From positions 37,138,001-37,202,000 of the forward strand of contig OZ024746.1 of the NCBI GenBank assembly GCA_964016885.1: a stretch of 64,000 nt of DNA. The letters run 5' to 3'. A model generated the notes under the pieces. The model saw only the letters and a list, made by a program, of their open reading frames with translations. It was not told the origin of the DNA and made no database searches. Shown here one piece after another: positions 13,331-27,540 of the stretch. Within the stretch, counting starts at the first letter, position 1. Each line of letters opens with the position of its first letter. The position numbers and the translations under genes were made by a program. Source of the stretch: Eledone cirrhosa (Eukaryota).

Positions 13331-13503
13331 ATTTGAGGATTCTATAAGGGCCCTATAAGGAATAATTGGGCGAAGATGTAGATATGTATATTTGATAAAT
13401 TGGGGTAATGGAACCAGGAATAGCAGCACTCATACATGGGTATGAAATGAAAGTAGAGCATTTTAAATTAACTAGATCAAACCACCCATATCACGTTAGA
13501 TCT

Positions 13504-13815
<312 letters not shown>

Positions 13816-15161
13816 CAACTTCGACTTGCATTTGAAAAGTTGATTTGGTAGTAAAAATATTATGGACAGTTGTAAAAAGAAAGAAAGAAAGAAAGAAAGA
13901 AAGACGAAGAAAACGAAGAAATGCATGCAACTAAATAGAGAGAGATAGAAAGATAGATAGAGAGAAGAAATTCATGTAAAGAAACAAAGAGAGATATATA
14001 GAGAGAGGAAAAAAAGAGGGAGATAGATAGAGAGAGAGAGAGAAGAGCGAGAGAGAGAGAGAAAATATAGAGAGATAGATATATATAGAGATAGAGAGAA
14101 AGAAAACTAGGTAGTTGAGCACCAGTTGAATGACGTATCAATGATACATTTATTTATTTATTTATTTATTTAGCTCTAGTATTAATGTAGAGAGAGATAT
14201 ATGTTGTTAGGAGAGAAAAACAGCCGTTATATAGAGAAAAGAAAAATAACCAGACATAAACGAGGCAGATTTAAAACACTATGTTTCATCCATGTAGAAA
14301 TATTAATTCGTATAAAACAGGCATTATAGTGTAAATATCAGTATTCATGAATGAGACACGTATCTATAATGTGTGAAAAATAATGATCATATGTCTAGTT
14401 TAAAAATTCATAGGTGTATATCAGAGTTGGGATAAAATAGAAGGTTATCCCAGATTTAATACTATAACATCCATGTGAATTTACGTGATCAGCTCTGCAA
14501 ATTCCTACTTCACACGAAAACATTCTCATTGTGCTATAAAAATTCTAGTATACATATACGTGTACATACACATATATATATATAGAGAGTCTATATTAAT
14601 TTTAACAATACTATTCTTGTCTTTACTCTACATGATTATCGTTCAAGCAGAAATAGAGAACAGGTATCAATATATTAATAAAAATATATTAATAAAAATA
14701 TCAGAAACAAAGAATAAATAAACAGAAAACAAAAAAAATATTAAAAATAAAAATATTAAAAATATTAAAAATAAAAATATTAAAAATATTAAAAATAATT
14801 AAAAATAAAACATAGTATGCCCCGCAAATCCACCACAGAGATCAACCATTCAAAGTTAATTGACAATATATTGCCAAGTTCATTATAAGCATCAGAATCA
14901 AAAGCAAACAAAACCAAAAATTATTTACCAAATCCTGTCTAGCAGAAAACATTCCAAAAGTTTAGGATACCCATTTGGTCTACAGATGTTCTTATATTTA
15001 ATATAGAAGTTTATCTAGTGCAAAATGTATTCGATATATTTGGAGCATCAGCTTTTAGGGTAGTTTAATTATTCATGAAGAATGTTTAAAAATAAAAAGA
15101 AGACGAAATCGAAAGATTTATCGGCGAGTTTCATAAATAATTATAAATCAAACTAAATATA

Positions 15162-17010
15162 CTACATTTTAAATTTAAATTTATATTTAAAAGTTGAGTT
15201 CAATCTATGTCTGCAGCAACTGAATAAATTTGTCCGTAAATTAAGGGAATTTTTAGATTTTAGTATAAAGAATATCTCCTCCGCGCAGAAGTCACATGTC
15301 GCAGAGGATGAATTGAAAGGAATCCCTCTTGAGACTATATTCCAAGCCGTCGAATATCTAACGTTATCCTGCCTAAGTTGCCAGAGTACGCCTGATAGTG
15401 CTGTTGAAGATTTTTGCTTGGATCTGTGAAAGAATTCCTGTGGTTATTATAGCGAAGTTTAAATTCCGTCGATGTGGAACCAACGTAGTTAAAAGAATTA
15501 AAGTCCGTTTTAACATTACAGTTGTATATTATATTTTTAACTAAGCAATTGTTATTTAACGGACACTTAGATCTATCTCTACAGTTACATTTGTTAACTT
15601 GGATATTATTTATGCTATTATCGGTATTTTGGCTAGGTTTTAAGTTCCTATTATTTATTCTATTAATATTTTGTGCTAAATTTTTGGTGGATGAGTAGGT
15701 TAATTTTATAGTATGTCTATTGAAAATTGAGTGATAGCTATGTGTTCTAGGGAAGCAATTATCAAGGGCTTTAAAAAATAGTTTAGCGATGTGGGTTTTA
15801 ATGTTTAGTGAGAAAGGGGGGGTAAACCATATTATATTCCTAGTTCTATTTTTTTTTGGCTTTTGGAATTATTGTAATGCTTTCTATTATAGTTGTTAAA
15901 GTTGTGGCCGTAATTAAAATAGTTGTTATTTTGTTTAGTTTGTCTATCATTATCTATGTACATAATTGTATCACTATATCCAGCTCTAGCTAACACTTCA
16001 TTGTAATATTGGGCTTTTTCGTCGAAAATCTTTTTATTAGATGAGATTCTAGAGATACGTTTTTGAACAGAGTTTACTATAGTATTTTTAACAGATCTAG
16101 GGTGGTTAGAGTTAAAGCTGACATAGTTTAGGTTTTCATTCAACTTGTGAAATGGATAGTGAAGACATGTGTTGAGATTTAATGTTACATCTAGGAAATT
16201 GACTATTCTATGGTTATTCTCAATTTCTATTTTTAGATTAAAGTAATTAAAAAATTGTGTAATTTGTTTTCTTTTTCTATTTAGTTCAGAGTTATTATTT
16301 TCAATAAGTAAAAGCATGTCATCTCTATATAAACCTCCGGTAACACCGGGTATTTTTCTATGCAGCGAATTGACTAAAAATAGGCCCACAAGGTCAGTTA
16401 CCTGAGCTGAGTCGGATGATCCCATAGTAATGTCAAAATTGTTATCTCTATATGCTCTGGTCCATAGTTGGTCATTAAATTCTATCAATGTTTTCCTAGC
16501 CGATAATATAATGTGCATTTCATTGCTAGTTAGGTCTGTATGTTTGAATGCGTAATTTAGTGCCTTATTTAGTAGATTAGGGGTAATGGAAGAATAATTG
16601 TTAGCAATATCTAGTTGAATAAACTTATTATTATTGTTATATTTAATTTCTTTAAACCACTCAACAACCTCTCCAGTTCCCTTCCACAAGATCAGGTTAG
16701 GTAAACAATTCAAGTTTTTAATTTGCTGTATCACCCTGTCAAGAATGTTTTTGCTTAGTTTACCCAGGTTCGATTTTGATGGTGCAATCAATCTGACTGG
16801 CAAGTCATTTTCAAAATTTCTTTTGTGATCTTTCATATTGATCTTCGGTTTCCTGGGCACGAAAGGTTGTATTCTGTTCTCAATTTCCAACTCATGCATT
16901 ATACAATATGCCTCAACATTCATTTTCTCAAGCTCGGCTTTATCTGCTACCTTGTACTTTTTCCTCAGTTCTTTCAGTATGAGGCCATTATACATGTCTT
17001 TTTGCACTCC
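15162..17010 (-). pseudogene. Penelope-like RT plus GIY-YIG ORF (second lineage, possibly Naiad-like), frameshifted and 5'-truncated
   Basis: RLIAPSKS, FIQLDI, FDITMGSSDSAQV, GLYRDD, VNFLDVTL; after a frameshift near 15850: IIWFTPPFS, CNC..CPLNNNCL, IIY...YVGSTSTEFKLRYNNH; second frameshift near 15410; stop near 15162. Confidence 0.92.
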
Positions 17011-17059
17011 ATATATATATATATATACACACATATATATATATATATATATATATGTG

Positions 17060-17150
<91 letters not shown>

Positions 17151-17308
17151 AGAGAGTGAGAGAGAGAGAGAGAAATAGTGATTGCTATAGCGCTAGACCT
17201 GTAGAAGCCACTCCATTCTAGATTTGATGTTTACTTACTACGAATGTATGGAGTCACTTAATGTGCTTACGACCGATTCAACTTAGTTCACACACACACA
17301 CATACATA

Positions 17309-17392
<84 letters not shown>

Positions 17393-17458
17393 TATATATA
17401 TATAAACATATATATATACATATATATGTATATATAATATATATATATATATATATAA

Positions 17459-17543
<85 letters not shown>

Positions 17544-17738
17544 ATATATGTATTTTTGAAATGTTGGGTACAATTCTATAGCGTTTGGGCGCGAAGACGC
17601 TGCTATCGTTTCTTTACTTACTGTTTCTTCATAGGTGCCTTTTAATCTTATAGCCTGATCTAATCTAATTGATTTTTTGTGTGGTTAATTATGCTAATTG
17701 GGAAAAGAAATGATTCTATTGACATGCTTTACATTATA

Positions 17739-17861
<123 letters not shown>

Positions 17862-18290
17862 TTCACTTCGGTAAACGATTGTGAATAAATCTGTTTATAC
17901 ATGTGTGGCTTTAGATATGGGTTTGTATAACCGTTCGAAATTTTGTTGCTAATATTTAGCATTTTCTGTTTTCTTTAACACACTTAATTAACTTGATGCG
18001 GTGCATAAGTCACTGTTAGAGAGATCGTTGAAAATATAAATAACCTTTTCTTCTTCCTCCGGCATTGGCTGTATTTTTAGTGTGTCTCATTTCATTATCA
18101 CATTCGCACACTTGTCAATTCGAAACGATATGTTAGTGTCTTGATAACTGTTTACACATACAGAAGAAGCCATTTATATCATGCCTATTACAAAAAAAAA
18201 TATCCTGTTCTTTTTAATTTCTATTATGTTAACGCACTGGGTAATTGCTGGCCTTATGCCAAAAGTAGAAACAATTATTTTATATACGGT

Positions 18291-18475
18291 GGATTGGCAG
18301 TATTGGTAGAGGGTCGGACGCCATGCATTGACGCATTGAGTTACGGCCCTTGCCATCCTGAGTTCAAATACCGCCGAGATTAACTTTGTCTTTCATCCTT
18401 ACGGGGTCGATAAAAAAGTACCAGTAATACACTGGGGAATTAGCTGGCCTTGTGCCAAAAGTAGAAACAATTATT
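18291..18475 (+). mobile_element. tRNA-derived SINE (cephalopod-type)
   Basis: A box TGGCAGTATTGG, B box GAGTTCAAAT, core CTTTCATCCTTACGGGGTCGATAAAA..GTACC, tail GGCCTTGTGCCAAAAGTAGAAACAATTAT; an extra tail fragment lies at 18234-18279. Confidence 0.85.
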
Positions 18476-19120
18476 TCATATATGTTCAATCTGTGTAAGC
18501 GTCTTGTGACTGTTTCTGTGCCTAATCTCACAGTGTATAACTGTATGAGAGTATATCATATTTCGGAATTATTTTCGGCAGGTTTTCTCTGTGTTCTGCT
18601 TCTATTCAATGTTAATATTATGTGATTTGGTTAATGAGATGTAAATATTTTGATTTGCATCATAAATGTATTATAGGGATCATATTTTGATTTAGTTATA
18701 TGACTCAAAATCATATATTTTCGGAGATATACATTTTCCTTATTTGATAAATGTTTTATTATCGTGGCTCTATTTACTCCAGCAATAAATAAAACTATTA
18801 TGCCAATTCCATATGAAATCATATTGTCAGAAAGAAAATGTTATTTGAAACGTAATTTAATTCAATTATTTTAAGTTCAAAATTATATTACTGAGAGTTT
18901 ATATATATAAATATTTTTATCAACACAGCGATAGGGAGAACATACACATAATTCTCTACATTTGATAATTCATCTACAATTTCATATATAGATTATAGTA
19001 TAAACATATGCTTATATAATGTAAATTGTAAAATCGGCATGGGTAAAATGTATATTTATATATATACATACAGGACGTAGAGTGCGAGAGAGAGAACAAG
19101 AGAGAGAGAGAGCGATAGAT

Positions 19121-19210
<90 letters not shown>

Positions 19211-19467
19211 ATACAGAGAGGGAAATAGAGTTCCTTTTCTTTTTCCTTCGGAATGACATTTTGTTTCACACAAACACATACACATACATGACACAAAAAA
19301 GGATCACACACATATATAAATAACTTGTGTGTGTGTTTGTGTGCAGCAAAAAATGTCCTCGTGAAGGAAAAAGAAAAACATTGTTCTCCCTCTTCCTATC
19401 TCACTCTCTTCTCTGATATAGTATATTTCAATTTCTCCTATGCTATTTATATATATATATATATATA

Positions 19468-19674
19468 TAGGAACCAGTAAGACCCCGACAGCTGAGCTCA
19501 AGCCGTTTCGACGGCTAATTCTGGACTAAAAATTTTAGTCCAGAATTAGCCGTCGAAACGGCTTGAGCTCAGCTGTCGGGGGTCTTACTGGTTCCTATTA
19601 CCCACTCTACTACCTCAAGTATTGAGTACTTTGGTGCGTTATGGTCCACCTGGTTCCTTACCACATTTCCTTCG

Positions 19675-19677
<3 letters not shown>
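19468..19677. mobile_element. Family H near-perfect fold-back element with tail
   Basis: Palindrome 19468-19597 centred near 19532; tail 19598-19677; (TA)n flanks. Confidence 0.85.
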
Positions 19678-19720
<43 letters not shown>

Positions 19721-19724
<4 letters not shown>

Positions 19725-20125
19725 GTTTCATTCTATTCCATTTATCGTTTTCGGGGTGCCAGAAAGTATATACTTTCCTTATGCAAATTAGGCTGCTCAG
19801 CCGTTAATATGCATAAGGAAAGTATATACTTTCAGACGTTCAACCATCTGGCAGAAGGTATACGATGCTGACGATAGCTAATAAGCTTGAATCTAGTACA
19901 TCGTTCCTGTGTCAGTGTTGAACAAAAAGGTGACGTGATTGCCTAAACACTGTACGGCGTAATTCGGGCTGTTTGTTTGTTTACAAACCAATAAACCGAG
20001 CATTATAATAAATGTTCGGTAAACCGATACGTGCATATATATATATATATATATATGTGTGTGCATGTGTGTATATATATATATACATACTATTGTACAT
20101 ATGTATACATATACGTATGTACGTA

Positions 20126-20130
<5 letters not shown>
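19721..20130 (+). mobile_element. Family R copy (about one unit) with HHR motif at 19864-19902
   Basis: GATG CTGACGA TAGCTAATAAGCTT GAAT CTAG TA CATC; colinear with the minus strand of about 4280-4670; internal hairpin 19762-19833. Confidence 0.78.
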
Positions 20131-20206
<76 letters not shown>

Positions 20207-20369
20207 AAGTATAATAAAAGTGTACATAACTACTTGCGGGATCATAGACTCACCGTCATACGCTGTGTCTAGATCACATTTAAATTTCTCGGCGACCAGT
20301 CCTCTCGAGGTCTGGACACAGCCGATGTTTCCTATAGAAGAATCGACCGCAGTTCTTGACTGGGATTAT

Positions 20370-20700
20370 ATGATCGACTTCGGGAATATGAAAGGTAAAG
20401 TTGACCTCGGTGGGATTTGAACTCTGAGCGCGCAATGAGGTGGGACGAATATCGTAAAGCATTATATCTGACTTTTTGCCGAGGATTGGCAGTATCGGTA
20501 GAGGGTTGGACGCCATGCTTTGACGCATAGAGTTACGGCCCTTGCCATTCTGAGTTCAAATCGCGCCGAGGTTAACTTTGCCTTTCATCCTTTCGGGGTC
20601 GATAAAATAAAGTACCAGTAATACACTGGGTAATTGCTGGCCTTGTGCCAAATGTAGAAACAATTATATCTGACTTTTTGCCTATTCTACCAATTCCCCG
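20370..20700. mobile_element. SINE (+, 20483-20667) nested in an older antisense SINE
   Basis: 20-bp target-site duplication ATTATATCTGACTTTTTGCC at 20461-20480 and 20663-20682. Confidence 0.85.
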
Positions 20701-21534
20701 CCTACATACATGTATATTATATATATAAGTAAATAAGAATATTAGTGCCCCAATCTGAGCAAAGTTCATATCCAGACCACTAAACTGCACTCAAACCCTC
20801 TACTAAAACAATACGCGATCTACCCTTCAAATTTGGCGAACAGAACAAGGATTGCAGCAGTCATTAAATTGGGAAGATTGACCTCATCAAGCTGTAACTG
20901 CCATATTCTGTTTCTATATATTAATGCAGTCAAACATTTGCTAAATTGTGTATAAAACTAAAACTATATTTTAGTTTACTTAGCTAGGATTGCGTATATG
21001 CTTTCGGCCATACACAATTATACATATTGTATACATAATGTATAATGTTTTTTTTATTATGAATAAGTGATGAGTCTTGTTACACTTGAGTTTCACCTGT
21101 GTGCTTATGCTGTGATTAATCAGATGATAATAAATCTTATTCTCATAATTTACATTCTATTTCTCTATTGTATATTATGACATCTAACTTCACCACACGA
21201 ATTTTTTTTTTTCATCTCCCATGGGATTAACCTGCATTTAATTTGTGATTTGAACTCTCTTACTTTGTCTATCGATTAATATATTGGTTGCAACCTTTAC
21301 TTTGTATTCTTTATGAAAAGTAGAATGCTTCTGGCGAGGTCATTTCTTTTCAATTTGATTTAACGCCATCATTTGTTCACTGTAAATTGTCAGTCATTGC
21401 TGAATCTTGGGGACTATAACCACATTCAGATGTATCCAGCAAAATGACGTACTAGCACACTATACGGAACTTATCATTCCAGCGAGGCGAAATATTGCTG
21501 AGGACGTTGTACCTCGCCAAATTACGTAATGTAT

Positions 21535-21672
21535 AATAACTGTTTCTACATTTGGCAAAAGGCCAGAAATTTGGGGGAGCGGAAAGTGGATTAATTCGAT
21601 CTAAATGAATTACTGGTGCTTTATTTTGTCGACCGCATAAAGATGAAAGGCAAAGCTACCTTCGGTGGCATT
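21535..21672 (-). mobile_element. Diverged SINE fragment
   Basis: Reverse complement of the SINE core and tail motifs. Confidence 0.65.
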
Positions 21673-21935
21673 ATTGAACCCTACCTAATTTCGTCACATA
21701 GTGGGTTGATTCGGGCCACCACCGGCAGATCAGAATTCTATAAGCTTTGCATCGGCACGGGTGAGGAAAATTTCCTACCCACACGATTTCGTCTCCCATA
21801 CTGATTAACTTTACACACTAATAGTGGGTTGTGAAGGACTTGATTAGATTATTTTGTGAGGGAGGAAACGGCCAAAGCAGTGTCCATCATATTCGATAGG
21901 CTTCATTCCATAATTATATGTATATATGTATATAT

Positions 21936-22074
<139 letters not shown>

Positions 22075-22116
22075 TGTGTGTGTATGTGTATATATATATA
22101 TATATATGTATACATA

Positions 22117-23308
22117 TTTGTTTGCCAGGTTTTTTATATGAGTACTAACAAGTATGATTTAGAATATAGCACAATGGAAAGCATCCACCAGATAGCTAAT
22201 TCCATACACCAGAGTATAACTGTAACTATTGACTACCCTTCCAAACACCCTAACAGTAGACTACCAGTATTAGACACGGAACTCTGGATTAACATTATAG
22301 ACGAGATGGCCCATAATTCTCCACTCACACTAGGCTAAACCCATGGCCTCCAAATACCTGATACTCAAAAGCTCACCAATGTCCAGTAGTGCTAAGTTTA
22401 ATATTCTGATCGCAGACTTGGTACGAGAGATGTAGAACGTGTCCGCCATGTGCGACCCAACAGAAATGGAAAGACACATCCAGCACTTCATCAACCGCAT
22501 GCAGTTCTCTGGCTACAACCAAAGAGACATAATCAGAGTATACGAAGGAGCCATGGAGAAGTATAACACCCTCATAGAACTGGACATGAAAGGAATTTGT
22601 CCATTATGCAGGACCAAATCATGGAATAGCTTCGATAGGACTAAACATAAGATAACGAAAGCCACCTCATGGTACGACAACTAGTGATACCAGAGTGTCA
22701 AGTTCGTGGACGCTACCCTGGAGGGAAATTAGCTAACCAGTGTTGAAAGGCCCCGAGAAAGACCCACTTAAAGATTACGGTGGTATAAAATGTAGGAACT
22801 ACCATAAAATCCCTGATCAGCAAAACATACCCTTTTAAGAAAACCCACTGTACAGATAGGAAATGTATTATATGTAAAGTAAACCCTCGGATAAACTGTA
22901 AAACTAGAAACGTAGTCAATAACATAAGATGTACAGAGGGTACATGTAGAAACATGAGAACAACATACATAGGCGAGACAGCTCGTAGTATAGTTGAAAT
23001 GATAGACCAACTCTGGGGGAACTAAAAGGACGAAAAAACGGTTCAGTACTATACGAACACTCCAGACAGCAACATGACGGTAACATAGACAACATGGAAA
23101 TTAAAATAATATAGAAATATAGAAATGACCCAGCAGATAGGCTTATTAAATCTGTATTTTTGACTGTTGGTCAGTCAATGGTAAACATTGAGGACCGAAT
23201 AAATTAACTGATATAAAAGATACAGAAGCGAAAACCAACCAAACAGTGAGTGTGTTCTGTTATTAATGCTGGCAATATTATTACAACAATATGACCCTCC
23301 CCACGTAT

Positions 23309-23313
<5 letters not shown>
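22117..23313 (+). mobile_element. Decayed PLE family A copy
   Basis: Colinear with 6848-7850 (stops, frameshifts); HHR region deleted; same 3' end ATAACAATA; 5' end capped by about 21 bp of inverted tail. Confidence 0.9.
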
Positions 23314-23378
<65 letters not shown>

Positions 23379-23555
23379 ATTGTGTGCGAGTCCATGTATG
23401 TGTATACATATATAATTTTGGAATGAAGCCACTCGAACAGAATGGTCACAGCTCCGGCCGTTTCATCACATACACTCACACTCACACACACACACACATA
23501 CACACACATACACACACACACACACACACAACACACACACACACACACACACACA

Positions 23556-23644
<89 letters not shown>

Positions 23645-24111
23645 TAGAAATTGATTGGCATACATATATTTAAAATAAACACATGAAACATGACAGAGGA
23701 TAATTTGTAAAGTGTGTGATCACACATGGTTTTGTAGGTAACTAATTAAAATTTAACTAGAGCTTCGAATATTACCTTTTAAAAAAATGATTAATCCTAG
23801 TTGTATATATTTAATTAAAGAAATATATTTCACCGTTAATCCGTAAAATCACAGTAGTCAAATCCTGGATCTTCAGCAAGAGGGAAGATTAAACGATCTG
23901 TGCTTACACATCTAATGCAAATCTGGGAGTGAGACATCGCACGTGTAGCATTTTTAAAACTTCCAACAACATGCTAGCGTCACCAAATATATGTATGTCA
24001 ATCAATTTCTAGTTGATATTTTCGGATCTATTCATTGGAATCTTTGAGCTTATTCTACGGTGGATATGGCGCATGTTTCGGAGATGACTCACTTAGTTTA
24101 ATTTAATTACA

Positions 24112-24165
<54 letters not shown>

Positions 24166-24172
<7 letters not shown>

Positions 24173-24620
24173 CAATTAATAAATGAAGACATTCACTAAT
24201 CAAAATATATGTTTTATTATATATATTTCGAAGGTACTGTGCTGTTTTTTTCAGTACGTCCTTGTTAGATAAAATACATGAATTGATGTATGACATACCT
24301 CAACGGTCTTGATGGTTCAATTCCAGTATTGGCAGTCTGGAATACTGGAATTGAACTGCCAATATTGGAATTGAACCATCTACACCGTCGAGGTATGTCA
24401 TACACCAATTCATGTATATTATCTGACGAGGACGTACTGAAAAAACAGCACAGTACCTTCGAAATATATATAATAAAACATATATTTTGATTATGTGAAT
24501 GTCTTCATATATTAATATTTTGAATAATATTAATAACTCCAGAAACCTGTAGAGTGGTTTTAATCTATTGTAAAACTATATTCATTCAGTAATCAATGAA
24601 CCATATTAATCTTTGGTTAT
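24166..24620. mobile_element. Non-coding tailed fold-back HHR element (family J)
   Basis: Arms 24166 to about 24335 / about 24355-24529; tail to 24620; (TA)n flanks. Confidence 0.82.
24419..24476 (+). ncRNA. Minimal hammerhead ribozyme (family J)
   Basis: TTAT CTGACGA GGACGTACTG..CAGTACCTTC GAAA TATATA TA ATAA; the mirror copy (24214-24272) has a mutated core. Confidence 0.78.
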
Positions 24621-24735
24621 ATATATATATGTACAAGTAGAAGCTTAGTAAAACTGAAGCTTTGGCTGTCGCCGAGCTAACGACCTACAATTAGGAATGG
24701 ACAGCAAAGCACTCAATAAGGTAAGCCCTTAGAGT

Positions 24736-24787
24736 AATTGTTTCTACTTTAGGCACAAGGCCAGCAATTACCCAGTGCATTACTGGT
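24736..24787 (-). mobile_element. SINE 3' tail fragment
   Basis: AATTGTTTCTACTTTAGGCACAAGGCCAGCAATTACCCAGTG is the reverse complement of the SINE tail. Confidence 0.7.
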
Positions 24788-25229
24788 AAGCCCTTAGAGT
24801 AATAATATACGTTTAGGCAGCTTGACAAATTGAACATTGCAGCAGGCAGAGCTAGCCACACAATACCAAAAACAACGAAAAAACTAATCAGGTTAGACAA
24901 GTGTTTGGAGTTGAATGGGTTAGACAAGTGTGTGGAGTTGAATGGGTGTGTTTGTGTGTGTAGAGTATAAATGTGCATATATATTTAGTCTAATTATTGC
25001 TATCATATGAACAAACACCAAACTAATTGCAGCTAAAAAATATCCATAAACATTTCCGCAGGTTGACATTAAAATATAAGCACGACTATAGGCATAAAAC
25101 TATAAACATGATGACATAATTACCAATTATCATGAAATATATCATTTTATACATCAGAGGCATGTCTGTAAATTGCCAACGCTTAATCTCCTGTGTTCCT
25201 GTGTGCGGAGAGATTGCCGTGCCGATTGC

Positions 25230-25655
25230 AAATGAGCGTTTGGAAGATAATCACCGAAGATTTAGGCATATGGAAAATCATCAGGGAAATTGTGCCGAAG
25301 CTGCCGGACGATGCCCAGACGAGCAGCGCATGCAGGTGTGTCAGGGTGTCCTTCAGTGACTTGAAACCGAATCAAACTTCCTAGAGTCAATCGTAACCGA
25401 TTCTGAGTCATGCATCTTCGATTCCGCCCCGTTCTCTTGAACTGGAAGATATGAAGTGTGTCATGACAACGAAGCTGTGAAGAATCTCCGTAGAATCCTT
25501 CAAGAGTACATGAAGACGTGGATGAGAAGATTGGGAGAGTGCGTCGAACTCTGGGTGGGGGTTATTTCGAAGGAGAAAATATTTATATTCTAGTTTAGAT
25601 TTAAAATATTTATGCTACGAATCCATTCGTGTTTCTTTTCTCACACAAATCATAT
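25230..25655 (+). mobile_element. Internally deleted mariner transposon remnant
   Basis: SVWKIITEDLG..K....IVPKL, QRMQVCQ, NFLESIVTDSES (first catalytic D region), and a C-terminal FQEYMKTWMRRLGECV...YFEG. Confidence 0.8.
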
Positions 25656-27507
25656 ATTGTTTTAAACATATCCTATCACATTAAAATAACTGAAGGTCAT
25701 ATATAATGATGTATGTAGTGTTTCTTACAGATCTGATAGACAAGGGCAATTTTGAGTAGAAAAAACTCAGGCAGCCGACATCATAAACAGAAAAAATATT
25801 TGCATATATTAATCATAGAGGAGTAAAAATCAACCATTAATCCTACACACTGTTGATAGTAAAGAAGTATAAACCGTTACGCAAAGAAATATTGTTATAA
25901 TATTCCCATTGGGGAAATTGACTAAATATACTTTGAAAGCGTGGACGTACATATAATCTAATATCACGTTAAATAAAGAAACATAAAAAAGAAAAGTATT
26001 TCAAAGACTGGCTTCCAGACACTTACGAATTAATGAACAAGACATAGAACATAACACAGAAATGAAAGAAATGTGTTCGAAGAAATAATGTAGATGTATT
26101 ATATTAATATTTGAAGCTCTTTCTGTCAGTAACCTGACTATTTAAGTAGTGTAATACAGATATTTTTATGACAAGAAGTAATTTCTTTTCGAGTATATTA
26201 GGTTCATAATTGTACTTTGGTTTCCTTAATTCCTAGAGCTCTGTATGCATTCTATTGAAATAATGTCAGTGAATAATTTGCATTAAGAAGGGAATCAACA
26301 TCGCTTGCCCGAAAGAATCATGGAAGCGTTCTCTGAAGTGTGGGTACCTCTGTTTATATCCTTTCCATTGTTACAGCGAATAGTATGTATGAAATGTTAC
26401 CCTGGTGGATGGCATGTAAGATACGTAGGGATAGATATTCTAACTCGGGAAGATTAGGTAACTTCACCTCGATAGTAATGAGAAGAGATGTGGCCCGAGG
26501 GCCAAGAATAGTTTCGCTATCACAAACATCGAAGCGTGGGCTATACAGCAAATGCAGCATGTTTCGTCTGGAAAAATGTCACAACATGCAACTTTCCCAA
26601 ATGAGGCGCCTATCATCATGGACCGGTAAGAAGGATATGTCGTCTAGCATTTTACCCATCCCTCGTTCTTGCCTCACCGAATCGAACGGAGAAGGAAATG
26701 CTGTGGCATTCAAGCCCTGATTTATGATCTAGGTGAGAGCAGCATAGCTTGAGAAGCGACATGACAAGCCAAAAGAGACCACAATGAAACCTCTGTCATG
26801 TGTGATGCTACTGATCTGTAGTGGAGCCTGAGGAAAACACCGATACACAAACAATTATTGTCCAGTTGATTGCCAGTTGAGTGTGATATCACTGTGTTAA
26901 ACCAGACACAACTCTAAGCTAAGCTGAAGGCTCAGCTGGTTCCAATCGATTAGACTACCTCGTAAGCTACGTTGTGTGTTGCAGGACCTTGGGTTTGATG
27001 AGAAAGCCAGCGAAACCGGTGGTTTGTTAGTGACACTCCCTACTCACTTGATGCGAGCGTGATGACGAGTGGGGATTGAACATCGGACAAGTTCGCTGTC
27101 TATAGGGGGCGTGAGGTGAATGGCCGCAGACGAAGAAGGGAGAGAGCTACTGCATCTTCATGTTGAGTGCGTATTCGAGGCACATCCTTTTCAGTCCGAG
27201 ATAAATGTGATGTTGGGAACAGCCAAACAATGAATGATTCCGGCCTGTTTTCCACCTGTTGATAGTGGGATATATGCTGCTGGAAGATATCTATAGGGAT
27301 TAGGAGCGGAGCAATCGGGGTCTGCAGCATTGTTTGCTAGTATGGGTGCTGTTATATGTAATGGGATCTGGCACTAATTAGTGACTTCAAAATAGGTGGA
27401 GGATATGGCCGTAATACCGATTCAGTAATGCATGCTGTATTGCTAAACCTCTGGATTTGTGTTAGTGTAAAATGTGTTCCTCTTGTAAAAATGGACCCAG
27501 TGTCACC

Positions 27508-27540
<33 letters not shown>

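Noticed and set aside
15162-17010. Selenocysteine recoding, reported for some Naiad PLEs
   Set aside because: The Cys cluster before the GIY-YIG uses normal Cys codons; no in-frame TGA was seen there.
26340-27330. ORFs of 70-126 aa in a moderately GC-rich stretch
   Set aside because: No recognisable motif; probably an old LINE remnant that I cannot assign.
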